The notes beneath the pieces are model-generated. The model was not told where the DNA came from. It made no database searches and was given only the letters and a program-made list of their open reading frames with translations. DNA of 64,000 bases, from contig OZ024746.1 of NCBI GenBank assembly GCA_964016885.1, positions 85,994,001-86,058,000 of the forward strand, in the 5' to 3' direction. The stretch comes from Eledone cirrhosa. Taxonomy: Eukaryota. How positions within the stretch are numbered: position 1 is the first letter of the stretch; every line of letters starts with the position of its first letter. Position numbers and translations under genes: made by a program. Below, piece after piece: positions 1 to 12,539 of the stretch.

Positions 1-97
1 TGAAGTCAATCAGAGCAGAAATGTGGATTTGTATAGACTTTGCAAAAATTAGGACACACACACACACAGACAATTTCAGTTTTATATATATGTTAGA

Positions 98-742
98 TAT
101 ATATATATAAAGTTGTATTCCTGTCTATTTGTTTGTTCACGAACTACTCCTATGGTTTTGGAGATAGACCCCCATAACCATATATATTCTGAAACTACAT
201 TGCCCAGCGTACTTGGATAAGTATATTTCATTTTAATGAAAGGTTTCCCCGGGAGTACAAACCCCCGCTGAAAACGTTTTCACTTCGATTTATATGAAAT
301 TTAAACCATAGCTAAACGATAAGATTCACAAAATTTCGGCATTTTCAATAATATTAAGACACCCTAATGGGGGTTAAACCCCTTATTAGGGTTCCCCGGA
401 GGCACAAACCCCCGCTGAAAATTTTTTCCCTTCGATTTATATGAAATTTAAACCTTAGGTAAATGACAAGATATAATGCTTATTCACAAAAGCTTTGAAT
501 TGATATTTAAAAAAAAATTATTTACAAGAAACAAAATAAGAATAAGATTTAATAATGTAATTTTGATTTGATATATTACAAAAAAATAATGTTTTCCAAT
601 TTTTCATGCATTACATTTTACATGGAGTAATATTGAAATGCAGAGTTTTTCTCCATAAACTATATCACTGATTTAAAATCAATCATCATTTTCTTACCCG
701 CAAAATGTGTGAAACGCAGCAAGGTGCGGGTAATTCGGCTAG
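98..742 (+). mobile_element. Non-autonomous Helitron-like element
   Basis: 3' subterminal hairpin TTACCCGCA...TGCGGGTAA followed by CTAG|T (739-743); Helitron-like 5' region (tatatataaagttgtattcctgtctatttgtttg); internal duplication at ~243-330 and ~390-475. The 5' boundary is approximate. Confidence 0.6.
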
Positions 743-752
743 TATATATATA

Positions 753-927
753 TATGTGGGAGCCCCTACATGGACACACTAGAAGGGGAAGACCAAGGTT
801 AACGTATGTTGATGCCCTAAGGACAGACACCGGTCTGTTGGAGACGCAGGACATGGCAGCGATAATGAGGGACAGAGACCGCTGGAGAGAACTCGTCCAT
901 GGATCTCGGGAATTTTACCCGCCTTAG
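753..927 (+). mobile_element. RTE-clade LINE 3' end fragment
   Basis: Translation WEPLHGHTRRGRPRLTYVDALRTDTG...MRDRDRWRELV matches the typical RTE C-terminus (RxRGRP...W); flanked by (TA)n. Confidence 0.75.
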
Positions 928-994
928 ATATATATATATATATATATATATATACTCTCACGTGTGTGTGTGTGTGTGTGTGTGTGTGAGTGTA

Positions 995-1275
995 AAGGTT
1001 TAGTGGTTAGGGTGTTTGGGTCTTGATCATGAGTTAGATTCCTGGACCGAATGATGAATTGTGTCCTTGAGCATAACACTATATTTCACGCTGCCCCTGT
1101 CCATTCAGTAGCCAAACAATGAGTTTCTCCTGCAATACAAAGTTCCAACCATGTCACGCATTATGTCACGCTGAATATTTCTGAGAATTATATCAAGGGT
1201 GCACGCGTCTGTGGAATCCTCAGCCACTTCCATGTTAATTTCATGAGCAGACAGCTTCGTTGATTGTATCAACAT
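995..1275 (+). mobile_element. tRNA-derived SINE, CORE-like head, degenerate copy of the 52366-52675 family
   Basis: tagtggttagggtgtt A-box-like head, ttgtgtccttgagca core, tail gtggaatcctcagccactt...ttaatttcatgagcag shared with 52366-52675. Confidence 0.6.
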
Positions 1276-1360
1276 ATATATATATGACGTAAATTTCATC
1301 TTTGCTATATTTACATAGCTTTTCTTACATCCTTCATTTCTTTCCCTCCACACACAACCT

Positions 1361-1414
1361 CACCACCACCACCACCACCACCACCACCACTGCTGCTGCT
1401 GCTGCTGCTGCCGT

Positions 1415-1489
<75 letters not shown>

Positions 1490-1525
1490 CACCACCACCA
1501 CCACCACTGCTGCTGCTGCTGCCGT

Positions 1526-1600
<75 letters not shown>

Positions 1601-1677
1601 CACCACCACCACCACCACCGTCACCACCGTCACCACCACCATCACCAACGTCACCACCGGCAAAACCGCCGCCATCG

Positions 1678-1710
<33 letters not shown>
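1361..1710. repeat. (ACT/ACC/GCT)n trinucleotide microsatellite
   Basis: Direct reading; source of the poly-T/poly-V ORFs. Confidence 0.95.
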
Positions 1711-1732
1711 ACATTCACAGACACACACACAC

Positions 1733-1813
<81 letters not shown>

Positions 1814-1962
1814 TACATACACACACACATTTATGTATTACATATACACTTATGCGTATATGTGCACCATTATATATCAGTTTGAGTGTGTGCACTTGTA
1901 TAAATACATGCATGTATCTAAGTATGTTACGTATGCACACACACACACAAACAGACACACAT

Positions 1963-2026
<64 letters not shown>

Positions 2027-2063
2027 ATATATATATATATACATACATATATATATATATATA

Positions 2064-2109
<46 letters not shown>

Positions 2110-2120
2110 TATATACATAT

Positions 2121-2180
<60 letters not shown>

Positions 2181-2226
2181 GTGAGGTTTTCTTTACAAAA
2201 TGAAAAATAACCGGTGTCCTACACGA

Positions 2227-2288
<62 letters not shown>

Positions 2289-2456
2289 TACACAGGCTGT
2301 ATGTACGTATGTATGTATATTTACATGTGTGTACACAGAAGTAGACACAAAAAATCAAACGTAATGAATGAAACAAAAAACCCAGTGAAAATATTTGAGG
2401 CGTGTTTAGTATATCTTATATATATACTTCCCAGATGACAGCTTACGTGTCTATAG

Positions 2457-2518
<62 letters not shown>

Positions 2519-2546
2519 ATATATATATATATACATATACACACAT

Positions 2547-2577
<31 letters not shown>

Positions 2578-2589
2578 GATGTATGTATG

Positions 2590-2675
<86 letters not shown>

Positions 2676-2850
2676 TATAGATATATATATATGTATATAT
2701 ACTTATACATATCTATATGTATCTATAAACATGTATATATACATATATATATATGTATATATACTTATACATATGTATATGTATGTATGTATGTACGTAT
2801 GTATGTATTTGTGTATGTATGTGTGTGTGTGTGTGTGTACGTTTGTATGT

Positions 2851-2916
<66 letters not shown>

Positions 2917-3235
2917 TTATATATTTATTAAAATATCAGATTAAAGTTTAAACAAAGAATCCCTGCTTTCACCCTTAACGGGGTCTTCTGAAACTAAAAA
3001 AATCAATCTGTGAACGCAGAAGTAAATATTTCGAAAAACGTTGCAACCGAAGGAAATCAGGAAGACGATACTTTGGTACGTGAAGACATTCCCTGGCAAT
3101 GAACGGAAAAAAGCGAAGATAATACGTCGTTATATGGAGCGATTAGAACAATTACACGCAAAGACAAAACCACGTTTATGGTATAAATGATGTCGTAGAC
3201 TAATATTCTGTTTAGGAAACCGAATGATTCTCGGC

Positions 3236-3500
3236 TTCAGAAGGTATACGTTGCTGACGATAGCTAATAAGCTTGAAACTAGTACAGCGTTCCTTTGTCA
3301 GTGTTGAACAAATGAGCAACGATGGTTGCTAGACACCGTACCGCTAAATTCGGGATGTTTGTTTACAAACACACCGAGCATTATAATAAATGTTCGGTGA
3401 ATTCATACGTACATATATATATGTGTGCATGTATGTATATATATATATACATACTACTGTACGTCTGTATTCATATATGTATGTACGTATACATACTTAT
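3236..3500 (+). mobile_element. Penelope-like short (pLTR-type) element, HHR family A, copy 1
   Basis: Near-identical to 7195-7545, 16938-17305 (reverse complement) and 17458-17675; carries a hammerhead and AATAAA; ends in (TA)n. Confidence 0.65.
3248..3290 (+). ncRNA. Minimal type-I hammerhead ribozyme (family A)
   Basis: ACGTTG-CTGACGA-tAGCTaataAGCTt-GAAACTAGTA-CAGCGT: core CUGANGA/GAAA, stem I ACGTTG/CAGCGT, palindromic stem III ACTAGT, GUA cleavage triplet. Non-canonical U.U pair at the base of stem II. Confidence 0.75.
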
Positions 3501-3514
3501 ATATATATATATAT

Positions 3515-3701
3515 ATAGGAACAAGTAAGACCCCGACGGCTGAGCTCAAGCCGTTTCGACGGCTAATTCTGGATTGCCGTCGAAACGGCTTGAGCTCAGC
3601 CGTCGGGGTCTTACTTGTTCCTATTACCCACTCTACTACCCTAAGTATTGAGTACTTTGGTGCGTTATGGTCCACCTGGTTCCTTACCACATTTCCTTCG
3701 T

Positions 3702-3702
<1 letters not shown>
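3515..3702 (+). mobile_element. Fold-back Penelope-like element, HHR family B, copy 1
   Basis: 49-bp perfect inverted arms (3515-3563/3576-3624) plus ~80-bp tail shared with 56023-56213; contains an HHR 3' half GAAACGGCT-tgagctc-AGCCGTC; embedded in (TA)n. Confidence 0.65.
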
Positions 3703-3732
<30 letters not shown>

Positions 3733-3821
3733 AATTAAGTTAAAGATGTACATCCATATATGTATACTGAAATACTAGTATGTATATGAATACACACACG
3801 TATACATATGTAGGTGTACCA

Positions 3822-3867
<46 letters not shown>

Positions 3868-4142
3868 GCCCTCCGTCGTTTCTGACGACAAGAGCTTCAA
3901 TTAATTCAAAGAACGGAGTTGCCCGTTCGTGAAATTAACGTGTAACTGGTTGAACACTTGACACACACGTGCACTATAACGTAGTAATGACAAAATGAGT
4001 GACATAGTCGGTCCTTTGAATTACATGTACAACTGTAAACGGAGGTTTGTGAAATAATGTTTTGCGTGCTCAATGACACAACGAACTCACAATCTTACGA
4101 TCGTGAGCCGAACACTTAAACCATTAACCCAACACACACAAT

Positions 4143-4174
<32 letters not shown>

Positions 4175-4371
4175 GAGTCTGACGAAGGCATGTCGTCTCG
4201 ACTTACTCTATGTTACAGCCAACAGGTATATCTGGAAATGCGTATAATGTCAGTTTATTCAAAAAATTTAAAATTAGAAAAAGTAGTACCCTCTCTTCAT
4301 ATTTATTCACACACACACACACAAACACAAACAACCACACACACACGACTCACGCACATAGACACGCACAT

Positions 4372-4429
<58 letters not shown>

Positions 4430-4863
4430 ACAGGCAACAGCACATACACACACACACACGCGTATATATAAAATAAGTACTGCAAGTAATATTTCTATAG
4501 TTTGATTAGTTTTGTACCTTGTCCTATGTATTACAATATATATTATATATTACAATACATACGACAAGGTCTATTATCATCTATATTATAATATATAACC
4601 AGCAATTTCTGTCTGTCTGTCCGACAGTGGAAACACGTGCGCGCGTGGTTGCTATCTCTCTCTCTCTCCAGCTAACCCTCTCTTTTAGTCTGTCTGTTTC
4701 TCTCACTCTCACTCTTTCTCTTTGTAACACACTCACATTCCTCCCCCTCTATCGCTGTGACGAATGGGGAGATGAAGGAGGAGGAGGAGGAGAGAGTCAC
4801 TTCGTCAATTCACCTCTGCCTTTCTTTCTCTCCCCTCTCACTCCCTCATTACGTACAGACATT

Positions 4864-5035
4864 AGGGCGGTGGATTGGCAGAATCTGTAGAGAGTCGGAC
4901 ACCATGCTTCATAGCATGGAATTACGTCCCTTTACGGTCTGAGTTTAAATACCGCCGAGGTTAACTTTGCCTTTCATCCTCACGGGGTCGATAAAATAAA
5001 GTACCAGTAATGTACTGGGTAATTTGCTGGCCTTG
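4864..5035 (+). mobile_element. tRNA-derived SINE with Deu/Nin-like domain
   Basis: Head ggcggtggattggcag...ctgagtt(t)aaat, then ctttcatcctcacggggtcgataaaataaagtaccag (Deu-domain-like); more than 25 copies in the window. Confidence 0.8.
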
Positions 5036-5418
5036 TCTATATTATAAAAGAAAAGCTGTTTCTCCGTTTGTCTGTCCGTCACAGATATATTTAGAAGGAG
5101 TGAAACTAGATGGAATAAAAAGAAAGGTCACCCTTTTTTTTAAAGTTGAAAGGACAAAAGAGATAACTTATGTCATATATATATATTCTATTGCAAGTGT
5201 TAATGACGTAGAGATCTGAAGGAGGGAGGTGGTGGTGGTGGGGAGCCAGTGGAGAGGGACCAATATTGTGTCTGTAATATTCTTGCATAAGTGTGCTCTT
5301 GAATTGGGTTTTTCACATCATACCTCCACTGAGCCCCCCTCTCTCTCTATATATATATATATTATATATTATGGAATACTGTTGGCTTCTTGCTACAATA
5401 ATTTCTATACTTTTCATT

Positions 5419-5483
<65 letters not shown>

Positions 5484-5504
5484 AATATCTAAAGTCTAAA
5501 GTTT

Positions 5505-5771
5505 GTCTTAAGCCGGAATGCTCATTTGGCCGGTGCTTATCCCGGTTTCATGGCGTGAAGCGACTGAGAGTACAAGACTCCCCCCCTGGACAGGACGCCA
5601 GTCCATCGCAGAGTTAACCTCCCCAGTTATTGCTGGTATTCATTTTCAGCTGAGTATACTGGAGCAACGTGAAATGAAGTGTTTTGCTCAAGAACACATC
5701 ATGCAACCCAGGAATCGAACGCACGACATTATAATCGTAAGTTCAACACCCTTAAACTAGGCTTCGTGCCT

Positions 5772-5775
<4 letters not shown>
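5505..5775 (-). mobile_element. tRNA-derived CORE-like SINE
   Basis: Reverse complement of 42533-42798 (ttcttgagcaaaacactt...gcgatggactggcgtcctgtccagggggg...gaaaccgggataagcaccggcc). Confidence 0.8.
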
Positions 5776-5829
<54 letters not shown>

Positions 5830-6025
5830 GTATATATATATATGTATGTATAAACACGTGTGTGGACATGAATGAGAAGTGAAAATACTCAATACTAAAA
5901 ACAATATAAAATTTAGGAAACTGAAAACTTTACGAATTGTCATCCAACTTTCAGGTTTCCGATCTTCAGATTGGAATGAAGAAAAATACAATGTTGGCTT
6001 ATTAGTATATTGGGTTGAACCTCCG

Positions 6026-6790
6026 ATGTTGAGTGTTCAAGTTCAGATCTGATGTTGAGTGCTCAAGTTCAGATCTGATGTTGAGTGCTCAAGTAGAGAT
6101 CTGATTTTGAGTTTTCAAGTTCAGATCTGATGTTGAGTGCACAAGTTCAGATCTGATGTTGAGTGTTCAAGTTCAGATCTGATGTTGAGTGCTCAAGTTC
6201 AGATCTGATGTTGAGTGCTCAAGTTCAGATCTGATGTTGAGTGTTCAAGTTCAGATCTGATGTTGAGTGTTCAAGTTCAGATCTGATGTTGAGTGTTCAA
6301 GTTCAGATCTGATGTTGAGTGTTCAAGTTCAGATCTGATGTTGAGTGCTCAAGTTCAGATCTGATGTTGAGTGCTCAAGTTCAGATCTGATGTTGAGTGT
6401 TCAAGTTCAGATCTGATGTTGAGTGCTCAAGTTCAAATCTGATGTTGAGTGCTCAAGTTCAGATCTGATGTTGAATGCTCAAGTTCAGATCTGATGTTGA
6501 GTGCTCAAGTTCAGATCTGATGTTGAGTGCTCAAGTTCAGATCTGATGTTGAGTGTTCAAGTTCAGATCTGATGTTGAATGCTCAAGTTCAGATCTGATG
6601 TTGAGTGCTCAAGTTCAGATCTGATGTTGAGTGCTCAAGTTCAAATCTGATGTTGAGTGCTCAAGTTCAGATCTGATGTTGAATGCTCAAGTTCAGATCT
6701 GATGTTGAGTGCTCAAGTTCAAATCTGATGTTGAGTGCTCAAGTTCAGATCTGATGTTGAGTGTTCTAGTTCAGATCTGATGTTGAGTGT
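6026..6790. repeat. 26-bp minisatellite, ~29 copies
   Basis: Unit GATGTTGAGTG(C/T)TCAAGTTCAGATCT repeated head-to-tail. Confidence 0.95.
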
Positions 6791-7287
6791 TAAAATTGTT
6801 TGATCAACATAAAGCCTGTACATAAAATAAACATTAAAATGCCTGAGAAATACACAGTCATGTGTACCCGTAACGTTAACTTAACGTACATGTGATTAAG
6901 CATTCCCCTGACACATGGAACCTTAATCTAGTTCTCAGGGAGATTCTGCCTGGCACAGTGTGACATGGCTGGCCCTTTGAATTACATGTACAACTCATTT
7001 TATCCAACTGAATGGAACAACGTGAAACACAGTAGCTTGTTGAAGGACAGTGGGCGACACCTTACGGACAGTCTTACAACTAATCCACGCCCCTTCAGTT
7101 GGTTTATGTTGAGGTAACTATAACAACTGAGCACATAAAATAAAGTCATCTTATGCCTATATATACGTGTATGTATATATATATATATATATAAACTCAC
7201 TCGATATGCAAATTAGGCTGCTCAGCCGTTAATATGCATAAGGAAAGTATATACTTTCAGACGTTCAACCATCTGGCAGGAAGGTAT

Positions 7288-7330
7288 ACGATGCTGACGA
7301 TAGCTAATAAGCTTGAAACTAGTACATCGT
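7288..7330 (+). ncRNA. Minimal hammerhead ribozyme (family A, copy 2; element ~7195-7545)
   Basis: ACGATG-CTGACGA-tAGCTaataAGCTt-GAAACTAGTA-CATCGT; stem I shows a compensatory change relative to copy 1. Confidence 0.78.
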
Positions 7331-7556
7331 TCCTGTGTCAGTGTTCAACAAAAAGGTGACGTGGTTGCCTAAACACTGTACGGCTTAATTCGGGATGTTT
7401 GTTTGTTTACAAACAAACAAACCGAGCATTATAATAAATGTTCGGTAAACCGATACGTGCATATATATATGTGTGCATGTATGTATATATATACATACTA
7501 CTGTACGTCTGTATACATATATGTATGTACGTATACATACATACATACTTACATTC

Positions 7557-7626
<70 letters not shown>

Positions 7627-8058
7627 GTGTGTGTATGTGCGTGTGTGTAGATGTATGTGTGTGTATGTGTGCGTGTGAATAAATAAATTGGAGGTAGAAG
7701 AAGAAGAAGAAGAAGAAGAAGAAGAAGAAGAAGAAGAAGAAGAAGAAGAAGAAATAGTGGGAGAGAAAGAAAAAAACGCCGAAAGACTGAGAAACTGAGG
7801 AAAAATACCCAAAGAAATAATAAAGAAATGAAATAAAGTAAAAATGAAAATAAAAATCAATAAAAAGAAAAAAGGAGAGACGTGAAAAACATTGAAAAAT
7901 AAACATGAAGCAATTGGAATTGTAAATAAGAAGAAATAGAGAAAGAAACGGCATGTTTAGGTGGGGTTGGGGTTTGGGGTTTGGGGTAGAACTGTTTTAT
8001 AACAATGGCGGTAAATATGAGTAAATAATACAACCACACACACACACTCACACACACA

Positions 8059-8101
<43 letters not shown>

Positions 8102-8119
8102 ATATATATATGTATATAA

Positions 8120-8151
<32 letters not shown>

Positions 8152-8196
8152 GTGTGTATATATATATTTATATATATATATATATGTGTGTATATA

Positions 8197-8300
<104 letters not shown>

Positions 8301-8309
8301 TATATACAC

Positions 8310-8341
<32 letters not shown>

Positions 8342-10523
8342 GCCTCACTCATACATGAATACACGAGCAAAAGTATAAGATGTGAAAAAATACGAGTGTA
8401 TACAACTAGAAAAATACAATAGACAGAACTATGCTTGTATAAAAATATAAAAGATTATCTAAACAAGCATTTTTTAAAAACATGTAAACAAAATTATTTG
8501 AATGTAAACAAAAATAAGAATACAGATGAGAATTCTTTGGTTATCGTAGTTAAAGTAATGCAAAAGAAACAATTGATTTGTAACTTGGTGTGGGGTTTGA
8601 AGGCCGAAAAATGAGCAGGTTTACCGAATCAGCAGTTTGAAATATTTTTGTTAAATTTAAAAAAATGTGCAAGATTCTGAAAAATCTCCGAGGAAAATAA
8701 GAAAGTAATGTCTGTTGTGATGAAAAACAAATATAAATGTTTATTGTGTTCAAACATTAATATATACCAGTATGTAAATAACACAATAACAGGAAAAAAT
8801 GTTTATAAGACAAGCAGAGTTTAAGATTGAATAGTGTTTTGTATGGCAGCTTAATAATATAGTCCAGAATACTTCATCTACCCTTCAGCGGTAATAGGCT
8901 GCAAATCATGAACCTCGATGTGCGTGTATAAGAATGTAGTTATAGTAATTCAAACTTTTGGTTCCAAACGAATTCATTGTAAAAAGGAAGAATAATTTCC
9001 CGCTCAAACAGAATGGATATCATACCGAAGCAACGTAGAGCCATATTTTCATGGTTTCACGTGATCTAAAGGGAGCTGAGCCGCATTCTTTCAAAACCAA
9101 ACATACTTAGACAGAATTGCAGAAAACCTTTTATCCGAACATTTATATGAATTATTAAGCTTGTAGAATCACGATATAAATCTGTTTTCCGTCAACTCAA
9201 TGTACCTATTGTATATGTTGCCAATCTGTACTTTTGTACCGTAAACAATCCGTTTAAACAAGCAACTACTATAGAGGGTAGGTTTAATAGATCGATACTG
9301 TTACAGGCTGGAAGTTGAGCATTCTGAGTTCAAATCCCGCCGAGGTTAACTTTGCCTTTCATCCTTATGGGGTCGATAAAATAAAGTAATGCACTGGGAT
9401 AATTGCTGGCCTTGTGCCAAAAGTAGAAACAACTATTATTGACAACAGAGACGCCTTAACGTTAAATTAACACCCCCCCCCCCACAAAGAGATAGTATAC
9501 ATTTTACAATGTTTTTCTGTTGAAGACCTGATGATACATATGGTGTCTGGGGAAGTGATGTGAGAGTAAATTACAGAATACCTTAGCTAAGTTGATCATT
9601 ATATAAAGGCTGAAAGTTGGATTGAATCATAAGGTTTTAAGGGTCATACACAAAGATTTCTAGCATGCAAGATGATCTTAATCCTGGAATTATTTATAGA
9701 TTCAAATGCGCTAGCTTTTACGAAAACATTAAAAAGAGATTTTGTCGTACATTTTTGTCGTACGTATTTTGGGGTAGAAATCAACTATATCAAACTCGCT
9801 GAACCTGTAGCCATATTTATTACTAATACTATTAAATTATTCGAGAACCGACAAGTAGTTGTTCAATAAGAGGAAAGCTATAACATTTGTATTTTATTTT
9901 ATGTAAAATTGTATACGAAACTTGACTCCTAATTATTCTTATCTCAATTTCAGCTGGCTTAATAAGTATACATTTCGGGCTATTAAGAAAATTAAGTTTA
10001 TTGTGCCTAAAAATGATAAAACGTTTGCGTTGGTGCAGTTATTCATGTCAGTCATTTATTGTAAAACCAGTAGCTATATATATGTATGTATGTATGTATG
10101 TGTAATCTCTTTCTCTTAATTTCGAGTATATTTTTTTGACCGGCCACCTTCCTGGTGGCAAGGTTGTAAAAGAAAAGAAATTGACATCCCTTGAATCGCA
10201 AGAATGTTTTGCAAAATTTGAAGGTGCCAGCTATCGCAACCATTTGCAGACTATGAATTAGGGAGCTGCGCTCTTTGTCCGCAAATCCAAGTTCAGTCAT
10301 ACTTTGGTCCAAGCGGGTTGGTATATAACCCGTAGCTCCAATAATGTATGTATGTATGTATGTATGTATGTATGTATGTATGTATGTATGTATGTATGTA
10401 TGTATGTATGTATGTATGTATGTATGTATGTATGTATGTGTATGTATGTATGGAAGTGTGCATGTACGTGCGTACCGCCGTATGTATGATTGTAATATGC
10501 ATATGTATGTATGTATATTTATT

Positions 10524-10555
<32 letters not shown>

Positions 10556-10681
10556 TGTATGTATGTATGTATGTATGTATGTATGTATGTATGTATGTGT
10601 GTATGTATGTATGTATGTATGTATGTATGTGTGTGTGTTTGTTTGTATGTAAGTACGTACGTACGTACGTATGTATGTATG

Positions 10682-10717
<36 letters not shown>

Positions 10718-10859
10718 AATATATGTACGTACGTATGTATGTATGTTTGTATGTATATGTACGTACGTATACACACACATACACATACACACACACATAT
10801 ATATATATAGAGAGAGAGAGTGAGAGAGACATACCAACCAAAGGGCTACTGAATTTATG

Positions 10860-11145
10860 GAATTAAGACAGCGCCTGATGTCTTATAGTTACTGGTAATA
10901 CTATTGGAAAGAAGTCTGTTGTAAGCATCCTTGTCAACACTAACCATGTTCCTGTGTTTATCTGATGAAACATATCTTCTTATTATTCCATAAAGAATCT
11001 AAAGTATTCTTCGGGCAGTTTTTAAAATTGCTCTTAACATTCCGGTATTTAACCCTCCTTATCAAACTAACGAGATCTTTTTTAAACGATTCTAGGTTTT
11101 CGTAGCTGGAGGGTTTCTTCTGGGTTTCAAACCGAACTCGCATTC
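10860..11145 (-). mobile_element. Penelope-like element, N-terminal RT-associated fragment (decayed)
   Basis: FETQKKPSSYENLESFKKDLVSLIRRVKYRNVKSNF...KTGNMVSVDKDAYNRLLSNSITSNYK resembles the PLE pattern 'F..DL...I..IKF...ADKT.N.Y......Y..LL...IT..YK'; interrupted by stop/frameshift. Confidence 0.6.
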
Positions 11146-11264
11146 TTTGTGGTTCTTACATTGTATCTTTGTCAAACATATACACACCCCGTCTCACTTT
11201 TCATCAGAAATCTTCAGTTATTTGTTTTCCATTAAGTGTATTAAATGTTTCCCGATGGAATATA

Positions 11265-11350
<86 letters not shown>

Positions 11351-11512
11351 ATCTATCAGTTATTTCTTCTCACATTCTCTGGTGATCTTTGTTGTCAATT
11401 TGTAGGTTATATACTATATATACTATTTCTTCTGCAAGTCTTTCCCCCTCTTTCTCTCCCTCTTCCTCTCAAGAAACTATGTAAACTATGCACACACACA
11501 CAGACGCATATA

Positions 11513-11585
<73 letters not shown>

Positions 11586-12425
11586 GTATGTATATATATA
11601 TATAAATATATATGCGTCTGTGTATGTATGTATGTATGTATGTATGTATGTATGTATGTATGTGCATGTATGTGCATGTATGTGCTTGAATTATGTATCA
11701 ATATTAAGAAACTATGACCACCACTACAGCAACAACGACAACAACATCAAAGACCACCACTACCAGAACAATACTACAATCAACACAAACACCGTCTTCA
11801 CCCAACAACAACAACAACAACAGCAACAACAACAGCAACAACAACAGCAATAGCAACATCTTGTTTAAGAAGAAGAACAACAACAACAAACGACTAAAAC
11901 AAGAACTTTAACTACAACAACAGCAACAACAATACCAGCAGCAGAAACAACAACAACAACAACAACACGACCACCACCACCATCAACAACAGCAAGAACA
12001 GCAACAACTTAAAAAACTAGTACAACACCACCACCACCACCACCACCACCACCAGCAACAACAACAGCAACAACAACAGCAACAACAACAACAGCAATAA
12101 ACAATACTAATACTAACAAGCGGATTAAACCACGCCACCCCTTTCTGTCCCATTCCCAGCTTTTCTGTAACAGCAACAATAAATAAACTAAACACTAGCT
12201 CCCCCTACACGTGATCCCTGGTGACACCATATAATGAAGAAAGAAGAAAGAAAAGGAAGAAATGAAATGAAATGAAAGAAAGAAAATAAGAAACAATGAA
12301 ATGACAGGAAAGGTTTGGTGATTTTTTGACGTTCTGTGACACAGTAATGGAGTCATTGACGTCATCAGACACTCTCAGACACTGCTAACGAAGAGAACAG
12401 CAGTTGGTGTGTATATAACCGACTG

Positions 12426-12539
<114 letters not shown>

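Noticed and set aside
1302-2951. Long poly-T, poly-V and YI/HT-repeat ORFs (and the many similar ORFs throughout the window)
   Set aside because: Translations of (ACT)n, (TA)n and (CA)n microsatellites; open on both strands, with no splice or domain evidence.
4172-4210. GAGT-CTGACGA-aggcatgtcgtct...ACTC hammerhead-like start
   Set aside because: No GAAA after stem II; too degenerate to call.
6026-6790. CRISPR-like palindromic repeat array
   Set aside because: Units are contiguous with no unique spacers, there are no cas genes, and the context is eukaryotic.
8500-10050. Non-repetitive AT-rich stretch examined for the next SLC6 exon or a transposase
   Set aside because: No IGYA/YYN/PW motifs or splice-bounded ORF; any transposase similarity is too weak to support.
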